This document shows positions 25,238 to 33,981 of a stretch of 44,086 nt of DNA, in pieces. The DNA comes from Myxococcota bacterium (GTDB lineage: Bacteria; Myxococcota_A; UBA9160; PR03): contig JBFGJV010000001.1 in assembly GCA_041577015.1 (NCBI GenBank), forward strand, positions 1 to 44,086. The letters are read 5' to 3'. Within the stretch, counting starts at the first letter, position 1; the number at the start of each line of letters is the position of its first letter. A program made the position numbers and the translations under genes. The notes under the pieces were generated by a model that was not told the origin of the DNA, searched no databases, and worked only from the letters and a program-made list of their open reading frames with translations.

Positions 25238-25353
25238 GTCCTTGCGGTCCGCCGGTGCCTCGCCGTATGCCGTGATAAGCTGCCCCCGCCGAGGATGGGA
25301 ACGGTCGCGCGCCGCTCGCGTTCGGACCGTAGCTCCGGCGCGTCGGGGGAGCC

Positions 25354-26202
25354 ATGCGAGAGCTTCGGGATCGGGTGGCGGTGGTGACGGGTGCGGCCAG
25401 CGGCATCGGCCGCGCCCTGGCCGAGCGCTTTGCGGCGGAGGGCATGAGGGTCGCGCTGGCGGACGTGGAGGAGCCGGCGCTCGAGGCCGTCCGCAAGGAG
25501 TTGGAGGGCCGCGGCGCGCGGGTGGTGGCGGTGCCCACGGACGTCTCCCGCGCCGAGGCGGTGGACGCCTTGGCGCGCCGCACCCTGGAGGCCTTTGGCG
25601 CGGTGCACGTCGTGTGCAACAACGCCGGCGTGAGCGGCGGCCTGGCTGCCACGTGGGAGCGCAGCCTGGCGGAATGGCAGTGGGTGCTGGGCGTGAACCT
25701 GTGGGGCGTGATTCACGGCATCCGGAGCTTCGTGCCGATCCTGCTGGAGCAGGGCGAGGGCCACGTGGTGAACACCGCCTCCGTGGCCGGTCTGGTCACG
25801 TTCCCGGGCGCCTCCGACTACACGGTGTCGAAGCACGGCGTGGTGGCGCTGACCGAGACCCTGCACCACGAGCTCGAGGCTCGGGACAGCCGCGTGCGGG
25901 CCTCGGTCCTGTGTCCGGCCTGGGTGAACACCCGCATCCTCGAGGCCGACCGCAACCGTCCTCACGAGCTGCGCGACGTCGAGCCCGTCGTCTCCGACGC
26001 CGAGCGCGAGGAGGTGGAGGGCATGGTCCGGGATCTGCTGGCCAACAGCCTCGCGCCCGAGCGGGTGGCCGACGCCGTGTTGGAGGCGATTCGCGAGGAG
26101 CGCTTCTACGTGCTCACGCACCCGGACTGGAAGCCGCGCATGCAGGAGCGCTTCGACGCGATCCTGGGCGAGCGCGACCCGAGCCTGACCCAGGTCCTCT
26201 GA
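25354..26202 (+). CDS. Short-chain dehydrogenase/reductase (SDR)
   Basis: VAVVTGAASGIGRALA (TGxxxGxG), NNAGV, and SVAG...YTVSKHGVVALTE (YxxxK). Confidence 0.9.
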   Translation: MRELRDRVAVVTGAASGIGRALAERFAAEGMRVALADVEEPALEAVRKELEGRGARVVAVPTDVSRAEAVDALARRTLEAFGAVHVVCNNAGVSGGLAATWERSLAEWQWVLGVNLWGVIHGIRSFVPILLEQGEGHVVNTASVAGLVTFPGASDYTVSKHGVVALTETLHHELEARDSRVRASVLCPAWVNTRILEADRNRPHELRDVEPVVSDAEREEVEGMVRDLLANSLAPERVADAVLEAIREERFYVLTHPDWKPRMQERFDAILGERDPSLTQVL

Positions 26203-26215
26203 CGCCGCGCGGCGC

Positions 26216-27241
26216 TCAGGCCGGGCCGGAATCCTCCCGCGGGCGCGGCGGCGGGAAGTGCACGTACTCGTCGATGAGCAGCAGCGCCAGCGCGGTCTCG
26301 TCCGGGAGCGGGCCCTCCAGCCGACCGCGGCCGCGGAGATCCTCGATCAGCCGCTCCAGCACCGCCGCACGGGACAGGTCGTCGCGGTGCTCGCGGACCG
26401 CGCGCTGCTCGGCCTCGTCGGCGTGGACGTACGCCTTCCAGGAGATCGAGAAGCGCAGCTCGCCCCAGCGGTAGCGGGCCACGGTCTCCCGGTCGCGCCC
26501 CACCACGCGCCAACCCTCGCCGTCCCCGAAGACCAGCTCCATGCCGGGTCGGAAGGGCGGCATCGGCTCGGAGGGCAGCACGGGGTCCACGCCGTGGAAG
26601 ACCGAGTCGGTGTCGAGCAGCACGGCCGTGTCGTGCTTGACCGGCAGCGTCCGCGGCGGCCCCTGGGCGCCCTCCGGATAGAACGCGAACTCGCCGCCCT
26701 GGCACTCGTGGAAGTACGCGACGCCCGTGGCGATGCGCATGCGCCAGCGCTCGAAGAGGCCGGAGTGGTGCATGACGACGAGCAGCCACTCCGGGTCCCG
26801 CGTGCGATTCAGGCCGCGGAACTCCGGCACGTCGGTGTGGACCGCCAGCTCCTGGCCCGGCACCAGGATGTTGGCGTACACGATCGAGGGCTCGACCACG
26901 CGAGCGTCGTAGATCTTGCGTGCCGCCTCGGTGAAGCCTTCGAAGTCGCGGAAGGTCTCGATCCCGGGCAGCTGCACCTCGTCTCCGTAGGCATAGGTCT
27001 CGCGGAAGTAGTTGGTGCGCGCGGCGAGGATCTGGGGTGCCTCCCGCCTTCCGAAGCGACCGCCGGTTCGCACGAAGTTGGCGGCGGCATCATGGCGCTG
27101 GGCGAGGCCCTTGCCGAGCCCCTCGCCGATCGGCTCGCGACCGTACATGCCGTAGCGTCCGAAACGCTCGCAGAGCTCGATCATGCGCCGAGCCAGGGGC
27201 TCCGAGAGCAGCGGATCGAAGATCTCGTGGCGTGCGCTCAT
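26216..27241 (-). CDS. Hypothetical protein with an Fe(II)/2-oxoglutarate-oxygenase-like HxD...H...RxS pattern
   Basis: 341 aa with coding-like GC3. ELAVHTDVPEF (HxD), DSVFHGVD (distal His) and LRFSISWK (RxS) are spaced as in double-stranded beta-helix oxygenases. I do not recognise a family. Confidence 0.4.
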   Translation of the reverse strand: MSARHEIFDPLLSEPLARRMIELCERFGRYGMYGREPIGEGLGKGLAQRHDAAANFVRTGGRFGRREAPQILAARTNYFRETYAYGDEVQLPGIETFRDFEGFTEAARKIYDARVVEPSIVYANILVPGQELAVHTDVPEFRGLNRTRDPEWLLVVMHHSGLFERWRMRIATGVAYFHECQGGEFAFYPEGAQGPPRTLPVKHDTAVLLDTDSVFHGVDPVLPSEPMPPFRPGMELVFGDGEGWRVVGRDRETVARYRWGELRFSISWKAYVHADEAEQRAVREHRDDLSRAAVLERLIEDLRGRGRLEGPLPDETALALLLIDEYVHFPPPRPREDSGPA

Positions 27242-27318
27242 GGGGCCTCCGGGTTGCGCACCAGTATACCCCGGTGGTCGTGGTCGGTTCGTGGCCTCGC
27301 GTTCGGTATCGTCCGGAC

Positions 27319-28371
27319 GTGGCGGACGCGTGGGCGGAGGGCGGCAACGACGGAACGGAGACCCCGCGCTGGTTGGAGCGGGTGCCGCTCCCCTCGCTGA
27401 GCCTCGGGTTCCTGACCCTGGGGCTTCTCGGCTTGATCTACCTGGCGAGCGCGCTGGCGACCGGCTTCCAGGACGCCCTGATCCAGCCCGGCGCGCGCCT
27501 CGGCCTTTCCCAGCAGGCCCGCTACGACTTGGTCATGGCCACCCTGGTGGCCTACACAATCGGGGTCTCGCGCTTCGGCAGGCGCCGCATCCTGCTGGAC
27601 CTGGAGCAGCTGCGCCCCCGGCTGCGGCTGTCGGAACCGGAGCTGGAAGGTCTCATGGGGGCGGCGGGTCGCCGCGGTTTGCGTCCGCACGCGCTCTCCC
27701 TCCTGGCCGGAGCGTCGTTCGGGATCGCCCTCGAGCTGTGGGTCCGCGGCTTGTCTGGCGACCAGCTGGAGCTCAACGCGTTCTTCTCGGCGTGGGGGTT
27801 CGTGCTGAACGTGGCTCTGTTCGGTCTGCTCGGACGCATGAGCCACCTGAGCCTCAAGTCCGCACGCCTGCTCTCGCGGCTGGGGCGTGAGCACACCGAG
27901 GTCCGCCTGCTCGATCCGGAATCGCGCCAGGTCTTCGCCCGCTCCGGGCTGCGCGGCGCGGCCTTCTGGTTCGTGGGCAGCTCCATCGCCTCGCTCCTCG
28001 TGCTGGAGGCGGTGGCGCCCTGGATGGTGCTCTTCGTGATCGGCCTGACGCTCACGTTGGGCATCGTGGCGCTGCTGCTTCCGGCACGCGGCATCCACCA
28101 CGCCGTGCGCGAGGCCAAGCGGGCCGAGCTCGCCTGGGTGCGGCGCGCCGTGGAGGAGGAGCGCGAGCAGCTGGCCCGGCCGGACGGCACGCCGGAGCGG
28201 GCCGCGCGACTGCCGGCGCTGCTGGCCTACGAGGGTCGCATCGAGGCCGTGCGCGAGTGGCCCTTCGACTCCCACCTGCTGCTGCGCTTCTCGCTGTTCC
28301 TGCTGCTGCCGCTGGGCTCCTGGGTGGGCGGCGCCCTGGTCGAGCGTGTGGTGGACGTGCTGCTGGGATGA
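27319..28371 (+). CDS. Hypothetical polytopic membrane protein
   Basis: Trimmed from listed ORF 27037-28371 to in-frame GTG 27319, downstream of the divergent gene start at 27241. Several hydrophobic helices plus a charged helical segment (REAKRAELAWVRRAVEEEREQL). The start is uncertain. Its stop overlaps the next start (ATGA). Confidence 0.5.
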   Translation: MADAWAEGGNDGTETPRWLERVPLPSLSLGFLTLGLLGLIYLASALATGFQDALIQPGARLGLSQQARYDLVMATLVAYTIGVSRFGRRRILLDLEQLRPRLRLSEPELEGLMGAAGRRGLRPHALSLLAGASFGIALELWVRGLSGDQLELNAFFSAWGFVLNVALFGLLGRMSHLSLKSARLLSRLGREHTEVRLLDPESRQVFARSGLRGAAFWFVGSSIASLLVLEAVAPWMVLFVIGLTLTLGIVALLLPARGIHHAVREAKRAELAWVRRAVEEEREQLARPDGTPERAARLPALLAYEGRIEAVREWPFDSHLLLRFSLFLLLPLGSWVGGALVERVVDVLLG

Positions 28372-29804
28372 GCCGACGCTCGGGGCTCGTCGTGCTGATC
28401 CTCCGCGTGCTGCTGGCGGTGGTGGTCCTCGTCGCCCTGGCCGGCGCCACCGTGTGGTGGGCGCTGCGGCCCGGCCCGGCGCTCGCCGTGCCCCCCCCCG
28501 ACGCGGTGCTGGAGGACGTCACCCTCGTCGAGCCGGGTGAGCCGCGGCGCCCTCGCCGCACCGTGCACGTCGTGGCCGGCCGCATCGCCCGTATCGAGCC
28601 CGGGTCGGGCGGCGCCTCGAAGGCTCCCTTCGCGGGACGCTTCGTCCTGCCGGGCTTGATCGATCTCCACGTCCACCATCCACCGTCTCTCGCGGCCGGG
28701 GAGAGGGCGCTCTTCGCCGTGCTCTTCCTGGCGCACGGCGTGACGAGCGTGCGCGACGCCGGAAGCTTCGGACGCGACGTCTTCGCCCACCGCGACCGGA
28801 TCGCCGCGGGCGAGCTCGCCGGCCCCCGTGTCTTCGCCTGCGGGCCGTTCCTGGATGGCGATCCCCCCGGCTGGCCGGGTGCCGTGGTCGTGAGGGACGT
28901 GGACGAGGCTCGCGCGGCGGTGGAAGAGCTGGCGAAGGCGGGCGCGGACTGCGTGAAGGTCTACAACAGCCTGTTCCCCGCCGTCCTGGCCGAGATCCGT
29001 CGCAGCGCAAGTCGGCTCGGCGTCCCCGTGGTGGCGCACGTGCCCTGGAGCGCGACCCTGCGCGACCTGGCCGGCGTGGAGGTGCAGCACCTGATGGGTC
29101 TGGCGGACCGGAGGAGCGATCCGCCGCTCAACCTGCGGCTCCGGTACGTCGACACGTCGCGCAGGCTGGGCATCTCCCACACACCGACGCTGGTGGTCTT
29201 CGCCCGCGCCGCGCGTCTGGAGGATCTCGATGGCCTGCAAGGGGACCCCGAGGCCCGCCTGCTGCCGCGCCACTACCCCGAGCTGCTCTGGGACCCGGTC
29301 AAGAACCCGCTGGTGCTGGACATGGTGCCCGGCACGCCGCGCGAGCTCGCTCATCGGCTGGAGCTGATGCAGGACGTGGTCGCGCGCCTGCACCGGGTCG
29401 GCGTTCCGGTCCTGACCGGAAGCGACACCATGAACCCGTTCGTGGTGCCGGGCGCCAGCCTGCACGAAGAGCTGGAGCTGCTGGTGCAGGCCGGACTCAC
29501 ACCCGAGCAGGCCTGGGACGCGGCCAGCCGCGCCGCCGGGGAGGCCCTGGGCGTTCCGGATCTGGGGCGCCTCCGTGAAGGCGCACCGGCGGACCTGCTC
29601 GTCTTCCGCGAGGATCCCACCCGAGAGCTGGCCGCCCTCGCCACCCTGGAGGCGGTGATGGCCGGTGGGCGGCTGTATCCCCGCTCCGAGCTGGAGGAGG
29701 CGGTCCGCCACCAGCGCGAGCACTTCGCGCAGCCGCTCCGCGAGCTCGTCTTGGGGCTGGTGGCGCGCACCGCACTGGCCGTGCTGCGGGGCTTCCAGTC
29801 GTGA
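28368..29804 (+). CDS. Membrane-anchored amidohydrolase-superfamily protein
   Basis: ATG 28368 (ATGA overlap). N-terminal TM LVVLILRVLLAVVVLVALAG. LPGLIDLHVHHPP is the HxH metal site. LTGSDT and DLLVFREDP are typical amidohydrolase C-terminal blocks. Confidence 0.75.
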   Translation: MSRRSGLVVLILRVLLAVVVLVALAGATVWWALRPGPALAVPPPDAVLEDVTLVEPGEPRRPRRTVHVVAGRIARIEPGSGGASKAPFAGRFVLPGLIDLHVHHPPSLAAGERALFAVLFLAHGVTSVRDAGSFGRDVFAHRDRIAAGELAGPRVFACGPFLDGDPPGWPGAVVVRDVDEARAAVEELAKAGADCVKVYNSLFPAVLAEIRRSASRLGVPVVAHVPWSATLRDLAGVEVQHLMGLADRRSDPPLNLRLRYVDTSRRLGISHTPTLVVFARAARLEDLDGLQGDPEARLLPRHYPELLWDPVKNPLVLDMVPGTPRELAHRLELMQDVVARLHRVGVPVLTGSDTMNPFVVPGASLHEELELLVQAGLTPEQAWDAASRAAGEALGVPDLGRLREGAPADLLVFREDPTRELAALATLEAVMAGGRLYPRSELEEAVRHQREHFAQPLRELVLGLVARTALAVLRGFQS

Positions 29805-31138
29805 GCCGGCCCGGCCTGGCGGCGCTGCTGCTCACCGCCTGCACTGCGGGCTGCGCCTTCTGGCGTCCTGCGTTCCCGGAGACGGTTCCCATCGAGCATG
29901 CGTGGGCGAGCTCGGGAGCGCTGCGCGCCGGGGCCGCCGCGGTGGACGTGACGCCCGCGGAGCCGGTCTGGATGGGCGGCTACGCACCCTGGCGCCGGAG
30001 CGAGGGCGTGCACGACCCGCTCTACGCGCGCGCGTTGGTGCTGGAGCGGGGCGCGCTCCGCCTCGCCCTGGTGGCAGTGGACGTGGTGGGGCTGCAGCGC
30101 GGCACGCTGCTGCCCCTGCACGAGCGCTTTCGGGCGGCGGGCTTCGATCCGCGACACGTGGTCGTGGCCTCCACCCACAACCACAGCGGGCCGGACAGCG
30201 TGGGCCTGTGGGGTCTCCCGCCCTTCTACTCCGGCCGAAGCGACGCGGCCATGCGTCGCCTGGAGGATGGGATCGTCGCAGCGCTCGAGCGGGCAAGCGC
30301 GGCGCTGCGACCCGCGGAGCTCGCCGCCGTCGGGGTGCCCATCGACCCGGCGGGTGTGATGAAGAACCTGCGTCGCCCGGGCATGGTGGATGCCGAGCTC
30401 GTGGTCCTCCACGTGCGGGCCATGGGAGGTGGCGAGACGGTGGCGACGCTGGTCGAGCTGGGCTGCCACCCGGAGGTGCTGGGCAACGAGAACCGGCTGC
30501 TCACCGCCGACTTCCCCGGCTGGACCGTGGCGCGTCTGGAGAAGGCGCTCGGAGGCGTCGGCCTCTACGTCTCTGGAGCGCTGGGCGGGCTCGTGACCCC
30601 CGACGTGCAGGGAGGACATCCCGACGGTGAGGGCGGCAGCTATCTCGAGGCGCAGCGCGTGGGAGAGCGGGTGGCGGAGGCGGCGCTCGGCGCCCTCGCA
30701 GGTCCGGGGCGCTACCAGCGCGCTCCGCATCTAGCCGCCTGGCATGCGCCCTTGTTCCTGCCCAACCGCAACTTCCGCTACGACCTCGTGCGCTGGACGG
30801 GGGTCCTGGAGCGCCGTCTCTACCGCGGTGGCTTCCTGCGCACCGAGGTGAACGTGTGGGAGCTGGGCGCGCTGCGCATCGCCACCGTTCCCGGGGAGAT
30901 CACCCCGGACCTGGGACTTCGCATCAAGCGGGTGGTGGGAGGTCGACCGACGCTGCTCGTGGGACTGGCCAACGACGAGCTCGGCTACCTGCTCCCTGAG
31001 GCCGAGTTCGAGCTGCCGATCTACGACTACGAGCGCACGCTCTCGCCCGGACGCGATGCCGGGGAACGCATCCTGCGCAGGTTGGAGGACGTGGGGCTGC
31101 TGATCGACGCCGCATCTCCGAGCACGTCGTCGAGATGA
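29801..31138 (+). CDS. Lipoprotein with a neutral/alkaline ceramidase N-terminal-like domain
   Basis: GTG 29801 (GTGA overlap). Lipobox LLLTAC. AAAVDVTPAEPVWMGGYA...GVHDPLYARALVLE...VAVDVVG...VVASTHNHSGPD resembles the ceramidase-N family. Assigned by eye. Confidence 0.6.
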   Translation: MSRPGLAALLLTACTAGCAFWRPAFPETVPIEHAWASSGALRAGAAAVDVTPAEPVWMGGYAPWRRSEGVHDPLYARALVLERGALRLALVAVDVVGLQRGTLLPLHERFRAAGFDPRHVVVASTHNHSGPDSVGLWGLPPFYSGRSDAAMRRLEDGIVAALERASAALRPAELAAVGVPIDPAGVMKNLRRPGMVDAELVVLHVRAMGGGETVATLVELGCHPEVLGNENRLLTADFPGWTVARLEKALGGVGLYVSGALGGLVTPDVQGGHPDGEGGSYLEAQRVGERVAEAALGALAGPGRYQRAPHLAAWHAPLFLPNRNFRYDLVRWTGVLERRLYRGGFLRTEVNVWELGALRIATVPGEITPDLGLRIKRVVGGRPTLLVGLANDELGYLLPEAEFELPIYDYERTLSPGRDAGERILRRLEDVGLLIDAASPSTSSR

Positions 31139-32121
31139 TCGGCACCGCGTCCCATCGCCCACCAGAAGAAGGGCGCGATCTCGTAGTGGCCGGCCGGAAA
31201 CCGGACCCAGCTGGGCCGACCCAGGGCCTCCCAGAGCGCCTTGGTCCGCTCGGGCGGGATCACGCGGTCGAAGCGGCCCGAGACGAGCAGCACCGTGCGT
31301 GGGTCGACGCGATGGGCCCAGGTGAGCGGGTCGAGCATCTCCGTGTGGCGTCGCGCGCGGAGCAGGAACTCCTCGCGATCCCCGATGCCTGCGGACTCCA
31401 GTGTACGCTGGCGAAAACGGCGTAGCGGACGCTCCGTAGATTCGTAGAGGATCTCCGCAAGGCCCCCACCCGCCATCACGAAGAAGCCGGCCCGGACGCG
31501 CTCGTCCAGGCCCATCAACGTCGCGGCCACGACGCCTCCGACGCTGACGCCCGCGGCGGCGATGCGTTCGGGATCGATCTCGGGCCGCGTCTCCAGCCAA
31601 TCGAGCAAACGACGCGCGTCGAGCACGGCCCGGCGCAGGCGGGCTGCGGGCACCGAGAAGTCGCCGGCGGGATCATCGTCGCGGAACAGCCGGCGTCGCT
31701 CCACGCGAAGCGTGGCGTAGCCGCGGTTCGTGAGCGCCTTCGCCGCCGCCTCCGATACCACGTGGGACCCGCCGAGGATCGGAAACACCAGGACGGCCGC
31801 GTGCGGTCCCCCGCCGCGGGGCAGCAGCCAGTGCGCCCGGCCCGTCTCCCCGTCCACGGTGGGGAAGTCCACGCGGAAGGCGCGGTAGTCGCCCGGGCGC
31901 AGTCGGTCGTACACGCCGAGCAGCCAGTGGTCCTCCACCGTCCGCGGACCGGGCTCGACCCGCACCGCGGTGGGATCGAGCGGGGGAGGGGCGAGCGAGG
32001 CGACCGCAGGATGGAGCGGGGCCGGGGCGGGTGCCCGGGACGGCGTGGCCGCAAGCGTGGTGCAGCCCAGGGCCGCGGAGAGACCGATCCCCAGGGCCAG
32101 GGCGAACCGAAGCGACGGCAC
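31027..32121 (-). CDS. Alpha/beta-hydrolase lipoprotein
   Basis: Trimmed to GTG 32121, giving (M)PSLRFALALGIGLSAALGC with a lipobox. Nucleophile elbow AAAGVSVGGVVAA, and AGHYE near the C-terminus. The low-complexity tail overlaps the convergent ceramidase-like gene by 112 nt. Confidence 0.65.
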   Translation of the reverse strand: MPSLRFALALGIGLSAALGCTTLAATPSRAPAPAPLHPAVASLAPPPLDPTAVRVEPGPRTVEDHWLLGVYDRLRPGDYRAFRVDFPTVDGETGRAHWLLPRGGGPHAAVLVFPILGGSHVVSEAAAKALTNRGYATLRVERRRLFRDDDPAGDFSVPAARLRRAVLDARRLLDWLETRPEIDPERIAAAGVSVGGVVAATLMGLDERVRAGFFVMAGGGLAEILYESTERPLRRFRQRTLESAGIGDREEFLLRARRHTEMLDPLTWAHRVDPRTVLLVSGRFDRVIPPERTKALWEALGRPSWVRFPAGHYEIAPFFWWAMGRGADHLDDVLGDAASISSPTSSNLRRMRSPASRPGESVRS

Positions 32122-32144
32122 GGCGGGAATGGACTCGGATCCCG

Positions 32145-32687
32145 CTACTTGGCGGCCTTCTTCACGATGCCGGCGGCGCGGCCCGTCACGTCCAGGAAGG
32201 TATCGAATCCCTCGGACTCCAGGAAGCTGCCCGAGCCGTGCGTGGTGGAGTAGACCACGTAGTCCTGCAGGTTCGGGTCCCAGATGCTGAGGGCGACCGC
32301 GAGCTGGCAGCGGGGCACCAGGATCATCTCCTGCAAGCCGTCGCAGAGCGGTCCGTACACGTAGACCGGGTGGTTGCGTCCGTCCTCCAGGTAGCGCTCC
32401 GCGATGCGCTGGAGCAGGGACTTCTTGTCCGCCTCCACCATTGCGAGCACGCGCAGGCTGTCGTCCGCGCACACCGGGCCACTCAGGTCGGCGTCCTCGC
32501 AGATCTGCAGGTAGACGCGCAGCCGATGGCTGGTATCGAGCTGGGCGGTGACGAGACGGCCGACGGTGATGGGGTAGGCCGCCTCCAGATCGGCGACCAC
32601 GTGGCTACCGGTTCCGAGGTTGGTGGCGCATCCTCCGAGCATCGGGATGCCGAAAAAGAGCGCGAGCAGAGCTGTCGCCCTGAGCAT
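32145..32687 (-). CDS. Hypothetical lipoprotein
   Basis: ATG 32687 is preceded by GAGGTGG. MLRATALLALFFGIPMLGGC carries a lipobox. The mature part has four further Cys residues. I do not recognise a family. Confidence 0.6.
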   Translation of the reverse strand: MLRATALLALFFGIPMLGGCATNLGTGSHVVADLEAAYPITVGRLVTAQLDTSHRLRVYLQICEDADLSGPVCADDSLRVLAMVEADKKSLLQRIAERYLEDGRNHPVYVYGPLCDGLQEMILVPRCQLAVALSIWDPNLQDYVVYSTTHGSGSFLESEGFDTFLDVTGRAAGIVKKAAK

Positions 32688-32751
32688 GATTCCACCTCTT
32701 CGTCCCCTCGACTTCGACTCGTGACTCCCGTTCATTTCGCGATCTGGTTGG

Positions 32752-32757
32752 ATTATA
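32752..32757 (-). promoter_or_regulatory. Candidate -10 box (perfect TATAAT) for the lipoprotein / hydrolase operon
   Basis: Plus-strand ATTATA at 32752-32757 is TATAAT on the minus strand. It lies in the only visibly AT-richer patch of the window, ~65 nt upstream of ATG 32687. I found no convincing -35. Confidence 0.3.
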
Positions 32758-32880
32758 CCTCATGTAGGTGCCGTTCCTCGCGGGTGCGGTGACGTTCGGG
32801 CACGGAGAAGGCAGCCGGTGCGCAACGGGTGGTCTCAACTGCGGGAGCCGCGTGGCCGATTCGGCGAAAGGGAGGGGCCA

Positions 32881-33981
32881 ATGCGGTCGATCCTTCGCGT
32901 CCTCGTCCCCGGCGCGGTCCTGCTGGCGCTGGCGTGCGCCCCGGGGCCGCCCGGCCCGAAGCCTTCTGTCTGGCCGACGCCCCAGGCGATCCGCTTTTCG
33001 ATCCTCGCGGTGGGAGACACCGGACGCGCGCCCCGGCTCTCGCACCGCTTCCATCGTCAGCTGGCGGTGGGCCTGGGGCTGGCGGCGGAGGACCGACGCC
33101 ACCCGGTGGACGCCCTGCTGCTGCTCGGGGACAACTTCTACTGGCGTGGACTCGAGCAAGGCGAGCTCGTCGCGCGCCTGAAGCAGAACGTGGTGCGGCC
33201 CTACTGCCGCTTCGTGGCGCTCTCGGGGCCTCGCTCGAACGAGGTCCGCGACGCCTGCCCGCTCTCCGCGGTGGAGCGACGTCCGGTTCCCATCCACGCC
33301 GTGCTCGGCAACCACGACTACAAGGCTCCGGAGAGCCCGCGACTGCAGCGCGAGGTGCTGCCGGACTTCGTGCCGAACTGGCGCGTTCCCGACGGTCTGG
33401 CCGAGGTGGCGGAGTTTCCGGCCGGGGTGAGCCTCGTCCTGCTCCAGTCGGTGGAGCTTCGGGAACGGGCGGACGCGGCGCCCCTGCGTGCGGCACTCGC
33501 CCGCTCGCGCGGACCCTGGCGCATCCTGGTGGCCCACCATCCCGTGGCCGCTGCCTACGACGGCCCGGAGGGCACACCGCACGCTCCGGAGCCCTACCGG
33601 AGCCTCGTGCTTCGGGCGATCCGGGACGCCGGCGTCCCGGTGCAGCTGGCGCTGGGGGGCGACGAGCACAACCTGCAGGTGATCGAGATGGAGACGTCCG
33701 CGCTGCCCGTCCAGGTGGTATCGGGCTCGGGGTCTCGCGTACGCAAGCTGCGGACCTCCAACCCGAGGCTGCGCTTCGCCGTCGCGCGACCGGGCTTCGT
33801 CCGCGTGGACCTGGTCGAGGGTGCGACCGGCCAGGAGCTGGTGCTGTCGGTCTTCACCACCGGGAGCGTGCCGCTCTTCGCAGTCGATCCGCCGGAGCTG
33901 GTGGCGCGCTGGGCGCTGGGCCGCGACGGCGCGCTGCGCGACGTGCTGGCAGGAACGGCACGGGACCGTGCCTCGCGCTGA
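32881..33981 (+). CDS. Calcineurin-like metallophosphoesterase lipoprotein
   Basis: ATG 32881 is preceded by GGGAGGGG. Signal with lipobox VLLALAC. Motifs ILAVGDTG, LLLGDNFY, VLGNHDY, VAHHP, GGDEHNLQ. Confidence 0.75.
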   Translation: MRSILRVLVPGAVLLALACAPGPPGPKPSVWPTPQAIRFSILAVGDTGRAPRLSHRFHRQLAVGLGLAAEDRRHPVDALLLLGDNFYWRGLEQGELVARLKQNVVRPYCRFVALSGPRSNEVRDACPLSAVERRPVPIHAVLGNHDYKAPESPRLQREVLPDFVPNWRVPDGLAEVAEFPAGVSLVLLQSVELRERADAAPLRAALARSRGPWRILVAHHPVAAAYDGPEGTPHAPEPYRSLVLRAIRDAGVPVQLALGGDEHNLQVIEMETSALPVQVVSGSGSRVRKLRTSNPRLRFAVARPGFVRVDLVEGATGQELVLSVFTTGSVPLFAVDPPELVARWALGRDGALRDVLAGTARDRASR

